A stretch of 60,436 bases of DNA, counting the filler, from Nemertoderma westbladi (taxonomy: Eukaryota > Animalia > Xenacoelomorpha), in NCBI GenBank assembly GCA_032718475.1. It is 3 parts of 3 records of this genome, joined end to end, with 100 filler letters (N's around TTAATTAATTAA, not from the genome) between each part and the next. Parts side by side here need not be neighbours in the genome. Positions count along the whole stretch, not along the records: positions 45,506 to 60,436 come from JAUCBJ010005687.1; 2 more parts are not named here. The stretch is one strand, 5' to 3'. Below the pieces are notes generated by a model. The model saw only the letters and a program-made list of their open reading frames with translations, did not search any database and was not told the origin of the DNA. Made by a program: the position numbers and the translations under genes. Below, piece after piece: positions 50,745-60,436 of the stretch (positions within the stretch are counted from its first letter, which is position 1; each line of letters begins with the position of its first letter).

Positions 50745-51904
50745 GGCCCCGGTGCGCTACATGGACATAATTTTTATATTTTATATTGCCTTGTTAGAGC
50801 AACTTCTCATTGTCAGAAACGACCATAACTTTGTATGAAGGTCAATGGAAGATTTGTAATTATGAATAAAAATTAAAAATTAGAATTTTTCAAAAATTTT
50901 AAAAAATATTGACAAATTTTGGACAAAAATCCAAAAACCTTCAGCAGATTCAATCTTGAGTATTTTTATTTCTAATTTTTCAAATCGCATCAAAAATGTT
51001 TGCTCTTTCGATATCTCGAAGCAAAATTTATAAAATTAATTAACAATTGTCATTTTGGTGCTGTTTTATGTTTTGTTTATTGTTTAATTTTGGCAAATTA
51101 AAAATCATCAATATTTTATTCAATTTTGGCCATTTATTTCCATATTGGAATAAAACAATCAGAATTCGAGATCGAGATATCTGAAGAGAGCTCTGAGAAA
51201 TGTTTTTGAAAATTGAATTGTCTGAAGCTTTTTTTAGGCCAAAAAATACCATTCCGAGATAATTGCCTTTAAAATTTCAACCTTCCCGCGCAAAAATGTT
51301 CTGTTAATACGTGAGAAAGTCTGTCAATATATATCTATCAACAAGAAAGCATAAAACCATGCTAAGAATTTTGCTGCGGGGGTTTTCCTGGTCGCTGATT
51401 TCATTTCTGAGGTCAGTTTTCAATTTTAATGAAATCTAGTTTGTCTGTATGTCTGTCTATCGGTCTCTCTGACCATCCGACTTATCTGTCTGTCAAATAT
51501 TAGAAAAAGGCACAGCATTGAGCTAAAAGTTTAGCTATATGGGTTTTCCTGGTAGCAGAATTCATTTCCAGTGTCAATTTTAACATTTGATGATTTCCAA
51601 ATTGTCTGTTTGGCTGTCATACAGACATAACCGACGAGGCCAAATTTGATTAATGACATCAGAAATGAAGTCACCGACTACGAAAACCCATACAGGGAAT
51701 TTTTTAGAAAGATCGTATGTTTTTATTGACGGACAGACATACTGCCGGACAAACCGACAGTAAAACGGACAGACAGCATTATCTCGAGAAGTAGGACAGA
51801 TCTTGCTAAACGGTTTTCAAATTTGGAATCTTGATAAAAATCTGCTCTAGATGAAATTAAAAGAATTTTTTGCAAAAAATTATTGAAGTAGCGCTACCGG
51901 GGCC
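50745..51904. mobile_element. Kolobok-type non-autonomous DNA transposon
   Basis: TIR GGCCCCGGT(A)GCGCTAC, TTAA on both sides (50741-50744, 51905-51908) and GG..CC termini. It interrupts a unit of the 315-bp repeat family (AGTTTCAGC-TTAA-ACGGATTAAAA). Confidence 0.8.
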
Positions 51905-52758
51905 TTAAACGGATTAAAATCAAGGAATAGTTGGAAGATTTCCCCTTTCAGTAATTGAATGTTCTATGGGCCGACTGGAGACTTGCGGACCTATCAACTT
52001 CTTCACAAAGACGCAACATGTGGTGAAGATTTAGACCTTTAGACATTTCGCCTTCTAGCGGCAGACTGGAGAACTGCAGGATGATTAGCCTCTTTTGAAA
52101 GACACAGCTGATGGGCTAGTGCAAATCTGCCGAAGTTTCAGCATGAAATGATTAACAGCAACAACGTAAAGGAAGGACATTTAATGTTAATACATCTCAA
52201 TAACGGCCGCCATGCGAACTGTAGGTCTGTCTGGATCTATACTTTGTAAGCTTTCTCATTGTCCTACAAGGTTTTAAGTGATCAATGTTGCCCTTTGTTT
52301 GCGGTGGTTTGACATAACTTTGTACAAGAATACGGTTTTATATTTTATGCTTGAACAATTTGCATCTTGGCGATCTCCATTTATGGTTATTTTACAATGT
52401 CCATATTGTTACCATTAAGTATTTGGAAAACTCAAATATAAAATGTATATCAATAATTCAAAATTTTCTATTCAAATTTGATGGACTGCGTAAGATGAAA
52501 AAATTTTTCGAAGTTAAATATATTTTCTTATTTTAATTTTAATAAGATGTTTAACAAATATAAATTACTAAAACATATGAGATATTATTCTAATCGTGAT
52601 TTGAAAGTAACTTATATGGGTGGCTGGAGGCGAACCATATTATTATTGACAGTAAAATAAATTAATGCAAATAAAGTAGAAATCAATGTATGTCGATATA
52701 TTTACAGCAACTATATGAATTTATAAATCGTGTCAATAAATGTCTTAAGTAATAAATA

Positions 52759-52969
52759 CTACAATTTCAGTAGAGCAGTCGCAACGGATATGACGTCATT
52801 GTTACTGGAGAGTTCTCCATTAATTTCTTCGCTTTTGAGTCGTTTCAGTGTCGGACCTTTTGTCGTGTCGGTATCCATTGGCAACGGACGTCTGTGATTG
52901 GGTCGGATTATCGAGGTGTCGGTAGTTAGGAAGACGTGAGACAGACAGTTGGTAACAGTAAGCCGTTTA
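52759..52969 (-). CDS. STK17: STK17/DRAK kinase, last coding exon (not in ORF track)
   Basis: ttattttccag| acceptor, phase 2. Encodes (S)KRLTVTNCLSHVFL (subdomain XI) and a tail ending ALLKL-TAG. Confidence 0.85.
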
Positions 52970-53039
52970 CTGGAAAATAAAATAACATTTCAGAATATAT
53001 TTAGCCGAAATTGTTAAATCCGTTGCCGTGAAACAACAC

Positions 53040-53262
53040 CTCCCCAGAGGTTATTGATTCGATTCCCGTATGGTGCAGGTCAGGGTGGTCTTCCTTTCGG
53101 CGCGAATGCTTTAAAGGGACCAGCCAGGGCGCATCTCTTCTGCCTTGCATCCTTAAATGGTAGCTAAATGAGTAGGAATTTCCTCTTGGGAGTAAAATAT
53201 ATCTGCACTAAAAATAAACCGTCAGACTTTGAGCGTAATCCATACTTTTTTAGTTTTACTTA
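53040..53262 (+). mobile_element. SINE copy in STK17 intron
   Basis: GATTCGATTCC B-box; the same CTGCCTTGCATCCTTAAATGGTAGCTAAATGAGTA core and CGTCAGACTTTG.GCGTAATCC 3' block as 11755-11915. Confidence 0.7.
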
Positions 53263-53587
53263 ATTTATGACATAATGAAACTTATGTACCGATGTATTTT
53301 GGGAAAGGAGCGCAGTTCAGTGACAGTGTTGTTTCTAACCAAAGCAATAAACTTAATTCCCCTTGTTTGTGTCCACTTTCCCTTGAGAAATTTTCCCTAC
53401 CTTTGGGTTGGGGAAAAAAATTGAAGATTATTTCTTAAAAATATTTCGCGAAAACTTTTTGTAAAGAGTTTGACGGACGGTTTATAAAAACTAGTTAGAC
53501 GGGCGGACAAATAAGAGACTGTGATAAGTCGAGAAGCGAGTCGATTAAGTTAATGCCTCGCATCAACGTGTCTCGCACCCAACTCAC

Positions 53588-53767
53588 CTAGGAATGAGTT
53601 TAAGTAGACCGGCAATAAACTCCATCGCCTGGGGTGAAACCGATTCGAACTCCGGCTGAGGGAACTCCAGACTGCACTGACAGATGTTCGTGTAGGTTTC
53701 CTGTTTGTTGGAGCCAGTGAATGGAGAGCAGCCAGTCAGAAGTGTATAGGCGAGAACTCCAACACTC
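53588..53767 (-). CDS. STK17: STK17/DRAK kinase, internal exon (subdomains IX-X)
   Basis: gtttag| ... AG|gtgagt; encodes (W)SVGVLAYTLLTGCSPFTGSNKQETYTNI..., typical of DRAK. Confidence 0.92.
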
Positions 53768-54162
53768 CTAAACAATAGAAGGACATGATTTACTTTATAA
53801 CTGTCTATTTTGATTTTCATTTCCACCATGTACCGGTACACTGTCCACTGGAACAAGATCAAAGATCATACATAGACTGATCAATTCTAAGAAAGCAGTG
53901 GCCGGAATATCTCAACCGCAGTACCGACAGGGTGCTGATGGGTTTTGGCAATTCTCGGTATCTACCAAAATTACCAAAAAATACATACCTTACAAAGTGC
54001 AATTAATAATTAATTAATTACTACTAATTAATACTGGAATGATGTTAGTCAGAATACAAAGTATATTATTTATGGTGTGTAGATGCCTAAACTAAACCTG
54101 TGATATTTTTTTGTTTTTAGTTTATTATTGTAGTTATTGTAGTTTCATTATACCCAACTAAC

Positions 54163-54338
54163 CACATATCCGTTGCCATGGAGATTGGTTCGTAGTTGAG
54201 AACTTCCGGCGACACGTAATCAGCTGTACCTGCGATCTCCCTAAACGCCGTTGATTGGTCCAGACAGCGAGCCAATCCGAAGTCGCATAATCGAACATCT
54301 CCCATGGGAACAGGGGAGGTTAGTAGAATATTTTGTGG
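54163..54338 (-). CDS. STK17: STK17/DRAK kinase, internal exon (subdomains VIb-IX)
   Basis: ttttacag| ... TG|gttagt; encodes [24 protein letters not shown]...[26 protein letters not shown](W), a DRAK signature. Confidence 0.93.
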
Positions 54339-54769
54339 CTGTAAAATTAATGAAGAAATGTGAGATTAATAATGTGTTGTTGTTGTATAAATACTCAAAG
54401 CAAGGCCTCCTTAGTTAGTAAATAACAACATTATAATCCTTATAGAAATGGATCTATAGGTCACACCTCGAAAAACACAGCTTGCCAACACATTGTTACT
54501 ATCAATAATCCTTATAGGAGGCGCTTTTGCTACTTATTTCCAAAACCTCCAGCTATTCTGGTTTAGCTAAATTCAACTCTTCATCAAGTTTAAGTCAGCA
54601 TTATTAATTAGTTCTATCAAATGGTTGCAACGATTATAGGACATATATTATAACACGAAGTGGGGCCTTCGCGCAGCACGTGACTTAAATTTAATTTAAG
54701 TACTAATTCGAAAGTATTACTGTATTAGCAAATTTTAAGCAGATTTCGCCTAATCACTTTTTACCTCTT

Positions 54770-56179
54770 TCATTTCTATTCAGACATTTCTGACTCTAGC
54801 GGTATAGTGAGAACTGAAGATGGATTAGGGTCTCCAGCCCCACAAAGACACAGCCTATGGATGAATAGTACATACGTACATCGGCCAAGTTTCATCTTGA
54901 ATAACGGATAACGAAATGAGAGACGGATCTCACTTTCAGAAATTTCGTCGTAAAGCGGCAGACCGATTAAATCTCCCCCCCCCCCCCCCCCCCCACAAAG
55001 ACGCAGCATGTGGTCCAGAATATATGGCAAGATTCAGCTTAAACTGATTAAAATCAATGAGACGGGAGAATCTATTCACTTTCAGGCATAAAGTAGTCCT
55101 ATAGCGGGTGACTGTTGAACTGATTTTCAACAAAACAAATTTTCAACTTGGCAGCTTTAAATTCGACAAAGTTATAAGCATGTCAATATCATAACGACGA
55201 CAACGATTTCACTTTCAGACATTTGGCCCACTAGCGGCAGACTGGAGAACTGCAGATGGATTCGCCTCCTTTGAAAGTCACAGCTAATGGTCTAATACAT
55301 ATCTGCCAAGTTTCAGCTTAAACGGATTAAAAGCAAAGAAATGGGAGGGCATTTAATGTTTAGACATGTGGCCCTCTAGCGGGAGACCATTGCACTGATG
55401 GTGTCTGAAAGTCTCTCAAAAATCTCAACTTTAGCTCATATTGATACCTACAAATTTTCAACTTGGCAGCTTTAAATCCGACAAAGTTATTAGCATGTCA
55501 AAATCGTAACGACGACAACGATTTCACTTTCAGACCTTTGGCCCTCTAGCGGCAGACTGGAGAACTGTAGATGGATTCGCCTCCTTTGAAAGTCACAGCT
55601 AATGGTCTAATACATATCTGCCAAGTTTCAGCTTAAACGGATTAAAAGCAAAGAAATGTGAGGGCATTTAATGTTTAGACATGTGGCCCTCTAGCGGGAG
55701 ACCATTGCACTGATGGTGTCTGAAAGTCTCTCAAAAATCTCAACTTTAGCTCATATTGATACCTACAAATTTTCAACTTGGCAGCTTTAAATCCGACAAA
55801 GTTATTAGCATGTCAAAATCGTAACGACGACAACGATTTCACTTTCAGACCTTTGGCCCTCTAGCGGCAGACTGGAGAACTGCAGATGGATTCGCATCCT
55901 TTGAAAGTCACAGCTAATGGTCTAATACATATCTGCCAAGTTTCAGCTTAAACGGATTAAAAGCAAAGAAATGGGAGGGCATTTAATGTTTAGACATGTG
56001 GCCCTCTAGCGGGAGACCATTGCACTGATGGTGTCTGAAAGTCTCTCAAAAATCTCAACTTGTGCTCATATTGATACCTACAAATTTTCAACTTGGCAGC
56101 TTTAAATCCGACAAAGTTATTAGCATGTCAAAATCGTAACGACGACGACGACAACGACGACGACGACAACGACGACGAC

Positions 56180-56211
<32 letters not shown>

Positions 56212-56293
56212 CGACAACTATTTGCATAAATTGACCCACCCCCTAACAGTGTCAATTCGCTAAGGCTCCGCCAACTTCGTGGCTCGCCCCACA
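54770..56293 (+). mobile_element. Helentron/HINE-like element with 315-bp internal tandem repeats (3 full copies), (GAC)n microsatellite and 3' hairpin
   Basis: CAACTTGGCAGC recurs at 55144, 55459, 55774 and 56089 (period 315). (GAC/AAC)n at 56139-56218. The end matches 1874-1907. Diverged units also occur at ~50640-50740 and 51905-52200. Confidence 0.75.
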
Positions 56294-56559
56294 TGTTGTT
56301 GGTGCAATCTATTACCCAGTCACTGCCCACTAGGAGTGCAGTAACCTATTCAACCCGCCTATTAGCACAATAATGTTAGCCAATAGGGAACCAGCATTGT
56401 TGTTACTCTATCAGCTGTTTCACAATCCCACTTTCACTATATTCTATACTAGCTGGCAATACCCGAGGCGGGTTGGTTACCCCGTATTTCCCGATAATTT
56501 TATTGCTAGGCCTACCTAATGCTCAATGCAGTACCATTAATGTGTACCGGTAATTTAAA

Positions 56560-56712
56560 AAAAATGTTGTTCCTTTTATTCAGTTACCGATTGGAGTGGA
56601 TTAGTGGAGTGGATAAAAATAATGTTGTTCCTTTTATTCAGTTACCGATTGGAGTGGATTAGTGGAGTGGATTAAAAAAAATGTTGTTCCTTTTATTCAG
56701 TTACCGATTGGG
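56560..56712. repeat. ~58-bp tandem repeat, 2.5 copies
   Basis: AATGTTGTTCCTTTTATTCAGTTACCGATTGG appears three times. Confidence 0.85.
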
Positions 56713-57458
56713 TCTTAGGTGTTACAACGGTACAATGCAGAACATGTTTGTTTGGGTTTTGCAACATCAGACTATTGCATTGGCGTATTTATCAGCTAGT
56801 GCAGCTGTGTTTGTGGAGGTTGGTTGGATCTGTGGTTCTTTAGGAACAATATCACTTTCAGAATGATTTATACAGAACTGAGTTATCCTATCCATTTTTA
56901 CCGCCCAAAACCCACGGGAGCCCTATGGTCTCATAACGCCTAAACCTAACGATCCCATTACCCATATCGCTCAGTGGCCTCCTGTTTCGATGGTAGACAT
57001 CTTGACCGACCATGTCTCGGAACACATGCGTGCGTTGTTACTAAACTAAAACAAACAAACAACGACCGGTACCATGTACGCACAATATTACTGCATAAAT
57101 CGTTATCACAGAGGTAAATAAAGTTGAATTTATTAAATTATTATTATTTTGTACCGATATTATTACATAAATATAAATATATTTCGGGCACAAATAATAT
57201 CCATTGTCAATATAAGAATTTATGTTGTTGAATTTATTGAATTGAGATAGTTCTAGCCTTTAACCAAAAACTATAGATAATTATTATATACAAAGGGGGA
57301 AGCCTAACATAAAAAATTTCAAGATGGACTAAATAAAATAGAGTATAAAAGGTAGTACAAGGCGAAATAAATAAAGTTCGCGAAATGATTTAAAATTTAC
57401 GATAAAAACACTCTGGTTCGGAGATGGTCTAAAATGTTTGAAAATAAAATCCATTTCC

Positions 57459-58850
57459 GGGGTCCATGGTTCCAGGGAGGGAGGCCGTCCGACAGGGCGG
57501 GGTCCATGGTTCTAGGGATGGAGGCCGTCCGACAGGGCGGGCGGGGTCCATGGTTCCAGGGATGGAGGCCGTCCGACTGGGCTGGGTCCATGGTTCTAGG
57601 GATGGAGGCCATCCGACAGGATGGGGTCCATGGTTCCGAGGATGGAGGCCGTCCAACAGGGCGGGGTCCATGGGTCCGGGGATGGAGACCGTCTGACAGG
57701 GCGGGTTCCATGGTTCCGGGGATGGAGGCCGTCCGACTGGGCGGGGTCCATGGGTCCGGGGATGGAGGCCGTACGAGAGGGCGGGGTCCATGGTTCCGGG
57801 CATGGAGGCCGTCTGACTGGGCGGGTTCCATGGGTCCAGGGATGGAGGCCGTACGACAGGGCGGGGTCCATGGTTCCGGGGATGGAGTCCGGTTCCGGGG
57901 ATGGAGGCCATCTGACAGGGCGGGGTCCATGGTTCCGGGGATGGAGGTCGTCCGACAGGGCGGCGTCCTTGGTTCCGAGGATAGAGGCTGTCCGACAAGG
58001 CGGGGTCCATGGTTCCGGGGATAGAGGCCGGTTCTGGGGATGGAGGCCATCCGGCGGGGTGGGGTCCATGGTTCCGGGGCTGGAGGCCATCCGACAGGGC
58101 GGCATCCAAGGTTCGGGGATGGAGGCTGTCCGCCAGGGCGGGGTCCATGGTTCCCGGGATGGAGGCCAGTTCTGGGGATGGAGGCCATCCGACAGGGCGG
58201 GTCCATGATTCCGGGGATGGAGGCCATCCGACAGGGCGGGGTCCATGGTTCCGGGGATGGAGGCCGTCCTACAGGGTGGGGTCCATGGTACCGGGGATGG
58301 AGTCCGGTTCCGGGGATGGAGGCCATCTGACAGGGTGGGGTCCATGGTTCCAGGGATGGAGGCCATCCGACAGGGCGGGGTCCATGGTTCGGGGATGGAG
58401 GCCGTCCGACAGGGCGGGGTCCATGGTTCCGGGGATAGAGGCCGGTTCTGGGGATGGAGGCCATCCGGCGGGGTGGGGTCCATGGTTCCGGGGCTGGAGG
58501 CCATCCGACAGGGCGGCATCCAAGGTTCGGGGATGGAGGCTGTCCGCCAGGGCGGGGTCCATGGTTCCCGGGATGGAGGCCAGTTCTGGGGATGGAGGCC
58601 ATCCGACAGGGCGGGTCCATGATTCCGGAGATGGAGGCCATCCGACGGGGTGGGGTCCATGGTTCCGGGGATAGAGGCCGTCCGACAGGGCGGCGTCCAT
58701 GGTTCCGAGGATAGAGGCTGTCCGACAGGGTGGTGTACATGGTTTCAGGAATGGAGGCCATCCGACAGGGCGGGTCCAGTCCATGGTTCTGAGGATGGAG
58801 GCCGTCCGACAGGGCGGGGTCCATGGTTGACTTCTGAGGATGGAGGACAT
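57459..58850. repeat. 40-bp GC-rich minisatellite (GGGGTCCATGGTTCCGGGGATGGAGGCCGTCCGACAGGGC)n with a 414-bp higher-order duplication
   Basis: Directly visible array; it explains the Pro/Gly/Arg-rich ORFs on both strands. Confidence 0.95.
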
Positions 58851-58950
58851 GTTACCAATGAGGAGACGTTGTAGGAGGAACCGGTGTGGCTCCTGAGTGG
58901 CAGAGCGGAGAAGAGTTCCAATCCCCTCGAGGAACACTTGGACCACGGCA
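58850..58950 (-). mobile_element. CRE-like retrotransposon 3'-terminal remnant
   Basis: Encodes VFLEGIGTLLRSATQEPHRFLLQRLLIGNMSSIL, homologous to FLMEIGSRLHTVTHEAKSHRFLLQRILVAILVGNAASVM at 13300-13420. Confidence 0.7.
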
Positions 58951-59013
58951 TTTCATAATTATTTATAGATTTCATGATGTTTTGATGATAGTTAAATAAA
59001 TTTAAGCTGATTT

Positions 59014-60327
59014 TTAAAAAACCGATTTACTAATAATATTGAGAGCAAGGCCTAGTGCCCAAGTTGTGTCGACACCATTAATGTCTAAGGAAAGGTTTAT
59101 AAATGTCTGTGGGGGCAGGCCGTATACAATAGTTAGTAAATAGTACGTGTAGATGGTATCAAAACATAGTGTGTTTCGAGTGGTGACGTCACTCTCTGAT
59201 GACGTCAGCGATATCGCTTCGCAATCGGAAATCAATAAGTCAGAAATTTGAAGGCGGATATTCGATTCACTTTCGTCCATTAATTTTGCTGCGCGAGCCA
59301 CGTAAGCGAAACCTTGAATAGCAAAGACGTTATCAGGTGGAACTTTAATCCAATCAGAATTGGATACGGACAGCCAATCACAGTCCGAAGCGGTCAACCA
59401 ATAGGAGCATCGGAAGGATTTAAAGTATTCGCTAATATTTGAATTACAATTAGAAAAGACCTGATTGGCTAATGAGTTTCCCGCTATAGTGTAAGTTGCT
59501 TCTGACCAATCAAGAGTGAGTGTTTGTGATTGGCTAAGTCAAGGTGAACTTAAATTAAAAGATGTTGGGGATGAAGTTGATATGGTTTCATTGTTTACAA
59601 AGTTGCTAAGCAACATATTCAACATTCCTTCAGCTAAACCAAGACGGTTATAACTTCGAGAAAATATATTTAAATTAATATTAAATAAGTTGATCTGCAA
59701 ACATTCCTCACAACCATCTCCATTATCGTAGCTAACTTGAGTGGAGCCACCCCCTAAATCTAACACAGGAACATAAGACTTAGACAACCCCTCGTTGTGT
59801 AGGTAACCTAACGCCCAGTTCACAGCAACCCAACCGTAAACGCCCTCTACCGTTGAGTTTAGAATACTACCGCGGAATTTAATGCCAAAATTTTGGTTTG
59901 AAATAGCAGCGTTTATTTCAGAAATAATCTCCTGGGATTGACTGACGGGTAAATTTCTTAACCCTGCTGTCGCCCCAAGCGTTATCGAGGTGTACGGTAA
60001 GTCCTCTACCGGAACACATTCTAGAATCTCGGTTACTATGGATACAACGCTCTGGGCAGCCTCTCTTGCCGTATCGTATTGGCTGACACCAGTTTGTACC
60101 TCAACAACTGTCTCGTTTAATAAGTTAACGCCACCTAGAGGAATTATCTCGAAGTGGTAACAATGTGCACGGGTACCCGTACTGCCAGCATCTATAACAA
60201 TGGTATATAAATTCCTATTGGCCGTCGTCGATGACGTCACATATAGGAACATCGTCGAAATGGTGATTGAAGCAAATATAACAAATTTAAACATTCTGGA
60301 ATTGCAAAGTTTCCTAAATTGATTCAT
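59014..60327 (-). CDS. Intronless ENTPD5/6-like NTPDase (GDA1/CD39 family), 437 codons with one in-frame TGA at 59539-59541 (recoded gene or young pseudogene)
   Basis: ACR1 DAGSTGTR, ACR2 ATAGLR, ACR3 EGVYGWVAVN, ACR4 DLGGGSTQ, ACR5 DTTWALG and an N-terminal signal anchor. ORFs 59539-60327 and 59014-59397 are in the same frame, with no other stop between them. Confidence 0.88.
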
Positions 60328-60436
60328 AACAATTTAAACAAATCAAAAACCAAATAATCAATTTGCAGTACTTTTAAAGTTATTTAATGATATTTTCATT
60401 GTAATATTATTTTAATAGATTCAGCTTAATTAACAT

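Noticed and set aside
55381-55418. Hammerhead-like CTGATGG...GAAA in the 315-bp repeat
   Set aside because: The core is CUGAUGG rather than CUGAUGA, there is no stem II, and no UH cleavage triplet is correctly placed.
56088-56330. Protamine-like poly-Arg/Cys ORF
   Set aside because: Translation of a (GTC)n microsatellite within a repeat element.
57397-58946. Pro/Gly-rich ORFs on both strands
   Set aside because: Products of a GC-rich 40-bp minisatellite.
58921-58956. Possible SECIS (AUGA-N13-AA...GGAU) in the NTPDase 3' region
   Set aside because: The spacing is plausible but the stem does not pair by eye, and the segment is mostly a CRE remnant; needs SECISearch3 to exclude formally.

Overview
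This is eukaryotic (animal, probably invertebrate) nuclear DNA: AT-rich, intron-containing and very repeat-dense. Two 100-bp N-spacers containing TTAATTAATTAA (21688-21787, 45406-45505) split it into three segments that may not be truly adjacent. All host genes I can support are on the minus strand. They are a complete 3-exon NAA25/MDM20 (NatB auxiliary subunit, about 1068 aa), the large first coding exon of macoilin (MACO1/TMEM57), a spliced 62-aa single-pass membrane microprotein that the ORF track misses, the last three exons of an STK17/DRAK kinase, and an intronless ENTPD5/6-like NTPDase. The NTPDase reading frame is interrupted only by one in-frame TGA, at the position of a conserved Cys. 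Mobile DNA includes CRE-like, RTE, L2/Crack and CR1 LINE fragments, tRNA-derived SINEs, two copies of a ~1.2-kb LTR, Mutator-like elements with 9-bp TSDs, a TA-flanked Tc1/mariner-type MITE, a TTAA Kolobok-type MITE, a foldback element and Helentron/HINE-like repeats. One LTR is a solo LTR with a 5-bp TSD inside an RTE tail; the other is preceded by a PPT and an orphan ORF. Several minisatellites can be traced to transposon sequence. The best leads are the UGA-at-Cys NTPDase, the orphan env-position ORF of the LTR element, the microprotein, and the TE-born minisatellites and TA-CCGG-TA footprints. No CRISPR array, rRNA or intact tRNA gene is supported.
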